From contig JAMJQQ010000094.1 in assembly GCA_023554445.1 (NCBI GenBank), positions 1,937 to 65,936 on the forward strand: a stretch of 64,000 nt of DNA, given 5' to 3'. The DNA comes from Candidatus Carthagonibacter metallireducens (GTDB taxonomy: Bacteria > Gemmatimonadota > Gemmatimonadetes > Palauibacterales > Palauibacteraceae). Shown one piece after another: positions 19,682 to 27,702 of the stretch; position 1 is the first letter of the stretch, and the number at the start of each line of letters is the position of its first letter. The notes beneath the pieces are model-generated. The model was given only the letters and a program-made list of their open reading frames with translations, was not told the origin of the DNA and did not search any database. The position numbers and the translations under genes were made by a program.

Positions 19682-19717
19682 GGCCGGCCGCGGAGACGCG
19701 GCCGGCCTGTTGCGTTT
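19682..19717 (+). terminator. Rho-independent terminator after tonB
   Basis: ggccggccgcg-gaga-cgcggccggcc followed by tgttgcgttt. Confidence 0.55.
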
Positions 19718-19781
19718 AAGCCTGAATCCCGCAGTCCGACCCGCGTTGCCGCAACCGGTCACGGTCGGTAGACTCCCGGCC

Positions 19782-20486
19782 GTGAACCACGAGGAGATTC
19801 AGGAGCGAGCGGCCCGCGTGTTCGCTCGCGTGCGAGAGGCGGCCGAGCGCGCCGGACGAGATCCGAGCGTGGTCGAGCTGTTGCCCATCACGAAGGGGCA
19901 CGGGGCATCGATTCTGGAAGCGGTGGCGGCTGCGGGATTCGACCGGGTCGGCGAGAACCGAGTGGCCGAGGCCGACGCCAAGCGGGGGTCGCTGACCGGA
20001 CTGGATCTCGAATGGTGTATGGTCGGACACGTGCAGCGGAACAAGGCTGCCCGGGTGATCCGCGTATTCGACCGCATCGAATCGGTGGACTCACTGCGAC
20101 TGGCCTCGAAGCTGTCTGCGGAGGTGGAAAAAGCGGATCGTGCGGCCCTGCCCGTCCTGGTTCAGGTCAATGCGTCCGGAGAGGCCTCGAAGGGTGGTTT
20201 CCCGGTCGAGGCCGGCCCCGCCAGGGTAGCGGAGGTCTGTGAACTCCCGGGATTGAGGGTGGAGGGACTGATGACGATGGCGCCGTTCGTGGACGACGAA
20301 GAACTCTTGCGCTCCGTGTTCCGCCGCACGCGGGAACTGAACGATCGCTGCCGCTTGGAGATCGAAGGTTACGCGGGAGAGGTGCTTTCAATGGGAATGA
20401 GCAACGACTTCGAGCTCGCGGTCGAGGAGGGCAGTACCGAGCTCAGGCTGGGAACGATCCTCGTGGGAAAGAGACCGGGCCAATGA
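19782..20486 (+). CDS. yggS: YggS/YlmE-family pyridoxal-phosphate homeostasis protein
   Basis: PLP-Lys region ELLPITKGHG and …HMVGHVQRNK-like motif (WCMVGHVQRNKA). The GTG at 19782 gives a family-typical length. Confidence 0.8.
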   Translation: MNHEEIQERAARVFARVREAAERAGRDPSVVELLPITKGHGASILEAVAAAGFDRVGENRVAEADAKRGSLTGLDLEWCMVGHVQRNKAARVIRVFDRIESVDSLRLASKLSAEVEKADRAALPVLVQVNASGEASKGGFPVEAGPARVAEVCELPGLRVEGLMTMAPFVDDEELLRSVFRRTRELNDRCRLEIEGYAGEVLSMGMSNDFELAVEEGSTELRLGTILVGKRPGQ

Positions 20487-21106
20487 TCGATCTGACGCCG
20501 CTCGACGTACGCAAGAAAAAGGACGATTTTCGCCGCGCCGTGCGCGGATACGATCCCGCGCAGGTGGATGGCTTTCTGGATCTGGTGGCAGATCGCCTCG
20601 AAGACCTGGTGGGACGGGAGCTGCGACTTCGCGAGCAGTCAGATCTGCTGAAGGAGCAGCTGGCGGCATTCCAGGAAAGGGAGAAGGCGCTGAACGAGGC
20701 GCTGGTAACGGCGCAGGAGCTCAGAGAGGAAGCCCGGGCCCAGGCCGAGAAGACGGCCGACCTGCGTGTGCGAGAAGCCGAGCGACAGGCCCGGGAGATC
20801 CGACGTGATGCCGAATCGGCCGTGCAGGGCGCGCGGAGGGGACTGGATGACCTCCGGGTCCGGCGCGCGGGATTCCTCCGATCGCTGCGCACCACGATCG
20901 AGCACTTCCTCGCCGAGATCGAGGACGAAGAGAAGCGAGGCTTCGCCGGCCTGGATATCGACACCGGCGAGGAGAGCGAGGACCGGATCGCAGGTCCGCC
21001 GGAGGAAGAGGCTCTGAACGCAGCTGACGGCGACGAGGCTCGGGATGGCGGGCCGGCTGAGGTCGCGGATCCGGACGGGCCGCACGAATCGAACTACGGG
21101 GGCTGA
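20483..21106 (+). CDS. divIVA: DivIVA-domain cell-division protein
   Basis: N-terminal DivIVA motif (LTPLDVRKKKDDFRRAVRGYDPAQVDGFLDLV), then a coiled coil. Overlaps the yggS stop by 4 nt. Confidence 0.75.
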   Translation: MIDLTPLDVRKKKDDFRRAVRGYDPAQVDGFLDLVADRLEDLVGRELRLREQSDLLKEQLAAFQEREKALNEALVTAQELREEARAQAEKTADLRVREAERQAREIRRDAESAVQGARRGLDDLRVRRAGFLRSLRTTIEHFLAEIEDEEKRGFAGLDIDTGEESEDRIAGPPEEEALNAADGDEARDGGPAEVADPDGPHESNYGG

Positions 21107-21114
21107 GAGGCACG

Positions 21115-24100
21115 ATGGCGTATCGTGAACTCACCGAGCCGATCGAGGCGCTCGAACAGGAGATCCTGTCCGTCTGGGAGAGCGAGGGCACCTTCGAACA
21201 GTCGCTCGCCCTGCGGAAGGGGGCGCCCGAGTTCGTGTTCTACGAAGGACCTCCAACGGCCAACGGTCGGCCCGGCGTGCATCACGTGCTCGCCCGAACG
21301 ATCAAGGACACGGTAGCGCGCTTCCGCGCGATGACGGGCAGTCACGTGACCCGTATCGCCGGTTGGGACACGCACGGACTTCCGGTCGAGATCGAGGCCG
21401 AGAAGCGTCTGGGGATCTCGGGAAAGCCGGAGATCGAAGAGATCGGCGTGAAGGAGTTCAACGACGCCTGTCGGGAGAACGTGTTCACGTACAAGGAGGA
21501 CTGGGAGCGTGTGTCCCGCCGGATCGGCTACTGGCTGAATTACGACGATCCGTACGTCACGTTCTTGCCGGAATACGTCGAGTCGGTCTGGTGGGCTCTA
21601 TCCGAAATCGAGCGGAAGGGTCTGCTCTACCGTGGTTTCAAGGTGCTGCCCTACTGTCCGAGGTGCGGCACGGGCCTATCCAGCCACGAGGTCGCGCAGG
21701 GGTATGCGGACCGCTCGGATCCGTCCGTGACGGTGAGGTTCCCGGTGGAGGGCGAAGAAGACCGCAGTCTCCTCGTCTGGACCACCACGCCGTGGACCCT
21801 CGTCTCCAACGTGGCCGTGGCCTTCGGTCCCGAGATTCCATACGTGGAGGTCGAGAGCGAGGGGCACCGATACGTTCTCAGCCGCGGGCGTGTCGAAGCC
21901 CTGTTCGGAGAAGACGGCCGGATCGTTCGTGCCGTGCCTGCGGAGGAGCTGGCGAGCCTTGCATATGTGCGTCCATTCGATCTCGACCCTTCGTACGCCG
22001 AGACCCACGGTCGGGTCTTGCCTGCCGCATTCGTCAGCGACGAGGATGGCACGGGTCTGGTTCACACCGCACCCGCCTTCGGCGCCGATGACTTCGAGAT
22101 GGGCCGGGAGCACGATCTGCCTGTCGTCCGCCCGGTCGACGACGCAGGCCGCTTCGAGCCGTCCGTTCGGGAGGTAGGCGGCGTAGCTGTCAAGGAGGCG
22201 GATGCCGACCTGGTGAGAATGCTGGATGAAAGGGGTCTACTGTTCGACTCCGGTACCCTCCGACACAGCTACCCCCACTGCTGGCGGTGCGACAGCCCGC
22301 TGCTCTACATGGCGAGGGACTCCTGGTACATCCGAACCACGGAGGTGAAGGACCGCCTGATCGAGAACAGTGCGTCTACCGAGTGGCACCCTCCGGAGAT
22401 CGGATCCGGACGGATGGGAGAATGGCTGGCCAACAACGTGGACTGGGCGATTTCCCGGGACCGCTACTGGGGGACTCCGCTACCGATCTGGGTCTGTGAC
22501 GGGGAGCCGATGCACAGAGAGGTGCCGGGCTCCTTCGCGCGACTCGCGGAGCTGAACGGAGCGCTTCCGAAGGACTTCGACCCTCACAGACCGGGGATCG
22601 ATGAGCTCGAGTGGGGCTGCACGCACGCGGGCTGTGAGGGCCGGATGCGTCGCGTCCCCGAAGTGCTCGACACCTGGTTCGACTCGGGATCGATGCCGTT
22701 CGCTCAATGGCACTATCCGTTCGATAATCAAGACGAATTCGCCGCCCATTTCCCGGCAGACTTCATCGCGGAAGGAGTGGATCAGACGCGCGGGTGGTTC
22801 TATTCGCTGCTGGCGATCTCCACCCTTCTGTTCGATGCTCCGGCCTACCGGGCCGTAGTCGTCAACGACCTGGTGCTGGACGAAGACGGCCAGAAAATGT
22901 CGAAATCGCGGGGAAACGTCGTCGATCCGTGGGAGGCGATTTCGGAACATGGAGCTGATGCGATCCGCTTCTACCTGCTCGCATCGAGCAATCCGTGGTT
23001 GCCCAAGCGTTGGGACGGCGACGCGATACGAGAGACCAACCGCAAGCTGTTCGACACCTTGCGCAGCGTGTACAGGTTCTTCGCGCTCTATGCAGGCCTC
23101 GAAGACTGGAGCCACGAGTCCTGCTCCGCGCGGTCGCCAGCGGAGCGCCTGCCGATCGACAGGTGGCTGCTCAGCCGGATCGACTCGCTGATCGTGTCGG
23201 TGCGCGCGGATCTCGACGGATACGATCTGACACGGGCGGCGCGGAGACTCTCCGGTTTCGTTCTCGATGATCTGTCGAACTGGTACGTGCGCCGAAATCG
23301 CGAGCGCTTCTGGGCGACGCGTCCCTCGGGATCGAATGAGTTGTGGTCGTCGGACGCCTTTGCGACGCTTCACGAGGCGCTCGTTACGGTCTCGGCTCTT
23401 CTCGCACCGATAGCTCCCTTCCTCTCGGACTGGCTCCACCGCGAACTCACGGGGGCTTCCGCCCATCTGGTCGACTTTCCGGCGGACGCCGGACGGAGAG
23501 ACCCCGAGCTCGAGCACGAGATGGATGACGCGCGCGAGCTGGTCAGTCTGGGGCGGGCGGCGCGCGAGGAGGCGTCGATCCGGGTTCGCCAGCCGCTGCT
23601 CGGGATTCAGGCCGCGCTTCCGGGAGGCCGGCGTTTGAGCGAAGCGATGCTCGATATCGTGCGGGACGAACTCAATGTTCGAGAGGTTGTATTTCCGGCC
23701 GCCGATGCCGATATTATTAGGCTGTCCGCTAAACCAGACTTCGGACGTCTGGGACCGCGATTCGGAAGCCGCACACCCGAGATCGCCGGAGCGATCGGCC
23801 GTCTGGATTCCGAGTCCCTGGCGACGCTGAGAGATGGTGGCACCGTGGCTCTGCAGATGGACGGCGAGCTGGTGGAAGTCCACCCCGAGGAGGTTCGAAT
23901 CCTCGAGGAAGCAAAGGGTGATCTGACGGTCAAGGCGGACTCGGGGTACGTGGTGGGCCTCGATACCTCGCTCACCGATGAATTGCTGGATGAGGGCCTG
24001 GCTCGAGAGGTGGTGAGCCGCGTCCAGCGTTTGCGGCGCGAAGCGGGGCTTGCGGTGGAGGACCGGATACGGCTGTGGATCGGCGGATCCGACCGGGTGC

Positions 24101-24285
24101 GAAGCGTGGTGGAGTCCTACGGCGAAGGGATCGGCAGGGAGACGCTGGCCACTTCAGTTTCGGCCGGGGCCGATGCCGACGGCGAGGACTCGGCGAAGCG
24201 GCCGCACCTGGGGCGGTTCGAAATCGACGGTGAATCGGTAACGATAGCGTTGGGTGTCGCAGCTCGGAACGAAGTCGACGCCTGA
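21115..24285 (+). CDS. ileS: Isoleucyl-tRNA synthetase
   Basis: 1056 aa. HIGH-type (PTANGRPGVHHVL) and KMSKS motifs, plus the editing domain. Confidence 0.95.
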   Translation: MAYRELTEPIEALEQEILSVWESEGTFEQSLALRKGAPEFVFYEGPPTANGRPGVHHVLARTIKDTVARFRAMTGSHVTRIAGWDTHGLPVEIEAEKRLGISGKPEIEEIGVKEFNDACRENVFTYKEDWERVSRRIGYWLNYDDPYVTFLPEYVESVWWALSEIERKGLLYRGFKVLPYCPRCGTGLSSHEVAQGYADRSDPSVTVRFPVEGEEDRSLLVWTTTPWTLVSNVAVAFGPEIPYVEVESEGHRYVLSRGRVEALFGEDGRIVRAVPAEELASLAYVRPFDLDPSYAETHGRVLPAAFVSDEDGTGLVHTAPAFGADDFEMGREHDLPVVRPVDDAGRFEPSVREVGGVAVKEADADLVRMLDERGLLFDSGTLRHSYPHCWRCDSPLLYMARDSWYIRTTEVKDRLIENSASTEWHPPEIGSGRMGEWLANNVDWAISRDRYWGTPLPIWVCDGEPMHREVPGSFARLAELNGALPKDFDPHRPGIDELEWGCTHAGCEGRMRRVPEVLDTWFDSGSMPFAQWHYPFDNQDEFAAHFPADFIAEGVDQTRGWFYSLLAISTLLFDAPAYRAVVVNDLVLDEDGQKMSKSRGNVVDPWEAISEHGADAIRFYLLASSNPWLPKRWDGDAIRETNRKLFDTLRSVYRFFALYAGLEDWSHESCSARSPAERLPIDRWLLSRIDSLIVSVRADLDGYDLTRAARRLSGFVLDDLSNWYVRRNRERFWATRPSGSNELWSSDAFATLHEALVTVSALLAPIAPFLSDWLHRELTGASAHLVDFPADAGRRDPELEHEMDDARELVSLGRAAREEASIRVRQPLLGIQAALPGGRRLSEAMLDIVRDELNVREVVFPAADADIIRLSAKPDFGRLGPRFGSRTPEIAGAIGRLDSESLATLRDGGTVALQMDGELVEVHPEEVRILEEAKGDLTVKADSGYVVGLDTSLTDELLDEGLAREVVSRVQRLRREAGLAVEDRIRLWIGGSDRVRSVVESYGEGIGRETLATSVSAGADADGEDSAKRPHLGRFEIDGESVTIALGVAARNEVDA

Positions 24286-24328
24286 GCGAGACGACACGAA
24301 GCGACTGTCTTTGAAGGCGGGGACCTGG

Positions 24329-24712
24329 ATGAAGAAGAAGGAACTGAAGCAGATCGAGGATCTGCTGCTCAGGATGCGCGAGCGTGCGATCAAAGAACTC
24401 GCGAATTATGACGAGTCCTTTGCCAGTTCGCTGCAGGCATCGGATGGAGACCTGTCGGCGTACAGCTTCCACATGGCCGATCAAGGCACGGATGCAATGG
24501 AGCGCGAGAAGGCGTTCCTGTTCGCCAGCAAGGAAGGTCGGTACCTCTACCACCTCGATGAGGCGCTTCGCCGTCTCTACCGAGCGCCAGAGACGTTCGG
24601 CGATTGCGAAGATTGCGGGGACCCGATCGGCTTCGAGAGACTCGAGGCGTTGCCTCACACGCGACTGTGCATCGGCTGCAAGGAAAAAGAGGAGACGGGT
24701 GACTCCCGATGA
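24329..24712 (+). CDS. DksA/TraR-family C4-type zinc-finger protein
   Basis: C-terminal CEDCGDPIGFERLEALPHTRLCIGCKE four-Cys finger. Coiled-coil N-terminus. ATG at 24329. Confidence 0.7.
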   Translation: MKKKELKQIEDLLLRMRERAIKELANYDESFASSLQASDGDLSAYSFHMADQGTDAMEREKAFLFASKEGRYLYHLDEALRRLYRAPETFGDCEDCGDPIGFERLEALPHTRLCIGCKEKEETGDSR

Positions 24713-25256
24713 GTCGGGCCTGAGCGGGAACCGGCCGACCGATAGCGGGGGCGTCCGGAAGGGCGCCCTGCTCGCTGGGATCATGAGCCTGGTGGTCCTC
24801 GCGGACTATCTCACCAAGGAATGGATCGTCGCGAATATCCCGATGTACGCGAAGCGAAGCGTAATCGGCGATTTTCTGCGGCTGACCTACACGCACAACC
24901 CCGGTGCTGCATTCGGCATAAACATCGGAGAACACTCGCGCATCTTCTTCCTGGTCCTCGCCATCGTGGCGCTGGTCGTGCTGTTCCTCATCTATCGGTC
25001 CACGCCGCGCGACGACCTCCTGCGTCTCGTGGCCGTGTCCCTGATCGCTTCGGGAGCAATCGGGAACATCCTGGACCGGTTGCGCTACGAGGCGGGGGTC
25101 GTGGACTTCATCGATGTAGGAATCGGGGACTGGCGCTTCTGGACATTCAACGTTGCCGACAGCGCGGTGAGCGTCGGTGCCGTGCTTCTGCTGATCTCCT
25201 TCTGGGAAGAGGAGCGCGCTGCGCGTGAACGGGAGCGAGAACCCGCGGAAGCCTGA
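24699..25256 (+). CDS. lspA: Lipoprotein signal peptidase II
   Basis: Conserved boxes (…YTHNPGAAFG…, …GNILDRL…, …FNVADSAV…). Four transmembrane segments. Start approximate: GTG at 24699 overlaps the upstream stop. Confidence 0.8.
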   Translation: MTPDESGLSGNRPTDSGGVRKGALLAGIMSLVVLADYLTKEWIVANIPMYAKRSVIGDFLRLTYTHNPGAAFGINIGEHSRIFFLVLAIVALVVLFLIYRSTPRDDLLRLVAVSLIASGAIGNILDRLRYEAGVVDFIDVGIGDWRFWTFNVADSAVSVGAVLLLISFWEEERAAREREREPAEA

Positions 25257-26208
25257 GCAGGTCTGGCTGGAAGTCGAGACCGATGTGCCCGAACGGCTCG
25301 ACGCGTGGCTTTCGGAGCGACTGAAGCTGAGCCGAAGCAAGGTCGCTTCACTGGTCTCGGAGGGCAGGGTCAGGATCGGAACTGACCCGATCCGAAAGAG
25401 CTACCGCCCTCGCGCCGGAGACCGGATCGCTGTCGACCTTCCTGCTCCCTCCTCGATTACACTCGTCGCAGAACCGATTCCGGTACCGATCGTCTTCGAA
25501 GATGAAGTCCTGGTCGTGGTGGACAAACCAAGCGGACTCGTCGTACATCCGGCTCCGGGACATCCCTCGGGAACTCTCGTGAATGCCCTGCTCGCATGTA
25601 CCGGGAGTCTCTCGACTGTCGGCCTTCCATTCCGACCCGGAATCGTCCACCGTCTCGACCGCGACACGAGCGGATTGATGGTGGTGGCGAAGGACGATTC
25701 GGCACACCGGTCCCTGGCGGCAGATATCGCAGCACGTCGGGTAGGTCGGGGCTATCTCGCGATGAGTTGGGGACATCTGACCCAGGAGCGAGTAAGCGTC
25801 GATCGCCCCGTCGGGCGGCACCCGAGGCATCGGAAGAAGATGGCAGTGGTCGAATCGGGTCGCAGGGCCATTACACACGTCCGTCGGCTGGAGCAGTTCG
25901 CAGCGGCCGACCTGCTGGCCCTTCGGCTCCAGACCGGACGCACTCACCAGATAAGGGTCCATTTGCTCGACCTCGGTCATCCGATCGTCGGCGACCCCGT
26001 CTACGGTAGCGGCTGGGAGCGCGGCATCACCGGTGCCGGTGGGCGCTGGGCGTCCGAGCTCGCGCGGCGATCCGACCGGCTGTTCCTGCACTCCGCGCGC
26101 CTCTCGTTCGACCACCCGGTATCCGGAGAGCGCCTGAGCTTCAACTCGAACCTGCCCGAGCCTCTTTCCTCGGCCCTGTCCTGGGCTCGACAGACCGGTC
26201 GCCGGTGA
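25225..26208 (+). CDS. rluD: RluA-family 23S rRNA pseudouridine synthase (RluD-like)
   Basis: N-terminal S4 domain, catalytic HRLDRDTSGLMVVAKD motif. Conserved ileS-lspA-rluD synteny. Confidence 0.85.
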   Translation: MNGSENPRKPEQVWLEVETDVPERLDAWLSERLKLSRSKVASLVSEGRVRIGTDPIRKSYRPRAGDRIAVDLPAPSSITLVAEPIPVPIVFEDEVLVVVDKPSGLVVHPAPGHPSGTLVNALLACTGSLSTVGLPFRPGIVHRLDRDTSGLMVVAKDDSAHRSLAADIAARRVGRGYLAMSWGHLTQERVSVDRPVGRHPRHRKKMAVVESGRRAITHVRRLEQFAAADLLALRLQTGRTHQIRVHLLDLGHPIVGDPVYGSGWERGITGAGGRWASELARRSDRLFLHSARLSFDHPVSGERLSFNSNLPEPLSSALSWARQTGRR

Positions 26209-27221
26209 TGGGGCGTCGAGGTGTCACGGCGATCGCAGCATTCCGAGGCACGATTCTGGCGCTCGCGCTGGCCCTGTTCCCAGCCGCATGTTCGGCCCCG
26301 GACACTTCGCCCGGAGACGATGGGTCACCTGACTCCGTCCGCTCGGCGATCGGTGGATCAGCTGGCTTGTCGTACCGTGTTCGCGCCGACCCGGGCCTCG
26401 AGGGAGTTGCGCGCCTCATTCTGGCCGATCCGGCGGCCACCTCGGCATTTCCCGGGCTCGGACTTCCGGACGTCTGGATTCGCGACACGGTGGAGCTGAT
26501 TCTGGTCCGTGATCTCGCAACCCTGGAGGAGGAGGGGATCGGCACGCCTGAGCGCTGGGTAGCGGGACTCGCAGATCCCGCTGCCGGGAGAATCGCGCTA
26601 CGCGCCGGGACCGAGCTCGAGACCCTGGCATCCCTGCGGACCGTGTTTCGGCATGAGCTGGCGCACCTGCTGGTACACGAGGCGAGCGCTGGCCAGGCAC
26701 CCCGATGGTTGCACGAGGGCTACGCGCAATTCGCATCGGGAGCGTGGGGATTCGACGATGCCTGGCGAATTCAGCTCGCTTTGTTCCGAGGGGGGTCGTC
26801 CACCCTGGCCGATGTCGATCTTCGATTCCGCAGCAACTCCGAAGACGTGCGCACTGCCTACTTGCTCTCGTACACGGTCGTACAGGAGCTGCACGCGCTC
26901 GGTGGCGAAGCCGGAATCTCGGCCTTCTTCCAGCGGCTGCGGGAGGGAGATTCGTCGGATGTGGCCCTTCGACGCGTCTTCGGAGTAACCCAGGAGCAGT
27001 TCGAGCGCCGGTGGCGATCCATGGTCATGGACCGGTACGGGTGGCTGTATCTGCTGACTCGAGCCGCCCTCTTCTGGCTCTTGATCACGCTCTTCGTGTT
27101 CGTCGTCGGTGTCCGGCGAGTACGCCGGGATCGACGTCGTCTGGAGGAGATGCGAGAGGAGGAGCGGATCTCTGCGCTTCAGCAGGCGCATTACGTTGAC
27201 TACGACCCCTTCGAAGGATAA
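26205..27221 (+). CDS. Putative zinc-metallopeptidase lipoprotein (HExxH…E, MA-clan-like) with a C-terminal transmembrane helix
   Basis: Signal peptide with lipobox LFPAAC|S. HELAH(x15)HEG gluzincin-like motif. C-terminal hydrophobic helix LFWLLITLFVFVVGV. Start overlaps the rluD stop by 4 nt. Confidence 0.55.
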   Translation: MMGRRGVTAIAAFRGTILALALALFPAACSAPDTSPGDDGSPDSVRSAIGGSAGLSYRVRADPGLEGVARLILADPAATSAFPGLGLPDVWIRDTVELILVRDLATLEEEGIGTPERWVAGLADPAAGRIALRAGTELETLASLRTVFRHELAHLLVHEASAGQAPRWLHEGYAQFASGAWGFDDAWRIQLALFRGGSSTLADVDLRFRSNSEDVRTAYLLSYTVVQELHALGGEAGISAFFQRLREGDSSDVALRRVFGVTQEQFERRWRSMVMDRYGWLYLLTRAALFWLLITLFVFVVGVRRVRRDRRRLEEMREEERISALQQAHYVDYDPFEG

Positions 27222-27230
27222 TCTGAGAGG

Positions 27231-27488
27231 ATGGACCGAAGCCGCTCGAATTCGACGGGAGCGACGCTGCAACGTCCACGGTTCCTTGGCCTGCGGACCC
27301 TGAATTGGGTGCTGCTCATCGTAGGAATCGTGGCCGTTTTGTTTGGCTACTTGCTCTTGAATCGGGGATCCGTGACCGCAGCCCCTTTGATGCTCGTATT
27401 CGGGTACCTGGTCCTGATTCCGGCAGGTCTGATGGTCGGACTCAGGCGGTCATGGAGGGACGAGCCCGACGGCCCGGGGGGCGAATAG
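27231..27488 (+). CDS. Possible small membrane protein (two transmembrane segments); doubtful
   Basis: 85-aa ORF with two hydrophobic helices. The RBS-like gagagg abuts the ATG with no spacer. The 3' end overlaps the tRNA by 10 nt. Confidence 0.3.
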   Translation: MDRSRSNSTGATLQRPRFLGLRTLNWVLLIVGIVAVLFGYLLLNRGSVTAAPLMLVFGYLVLIPAGLMVGLRRSWRDEPDGPGGE

Positions 27489-27553
27489 CTCAGCTGGTCC
27501 AGAGCGCCTGCCTTACAAGCAGGAGGTCGCAGGTTCGAATCCTGCTTCGCCCA
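27479..27553 (+). tRNA. tRNA-Val (anticodon TAC)
   Basis: Cloverleaf read by hand. Acceptor stem gggcgaa/ttcgccc, D-arm gctc-agctggtcca-gagc, anticodon stem cctgc/gcagg with loop cTTACaa, T-arm gcagg-ttcgaat-cctgc, discriminator A. No encoded CCA. Confidence 0.8.
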
Positions 27554-27702
27554 TTTGCATTCGAAGCCGGTGACGTGATGGGCTCCGAGGTGATATCCGG
27601 AGCGGAACTTCGCCGGCAGCAGGGGGGTCGTAAGGGAGTAGACAGGTCGGAAGCGGCCGTCACGGCCCGATTGACGGTGGACAGATCTTCGAGGACGGTA
27701 GC

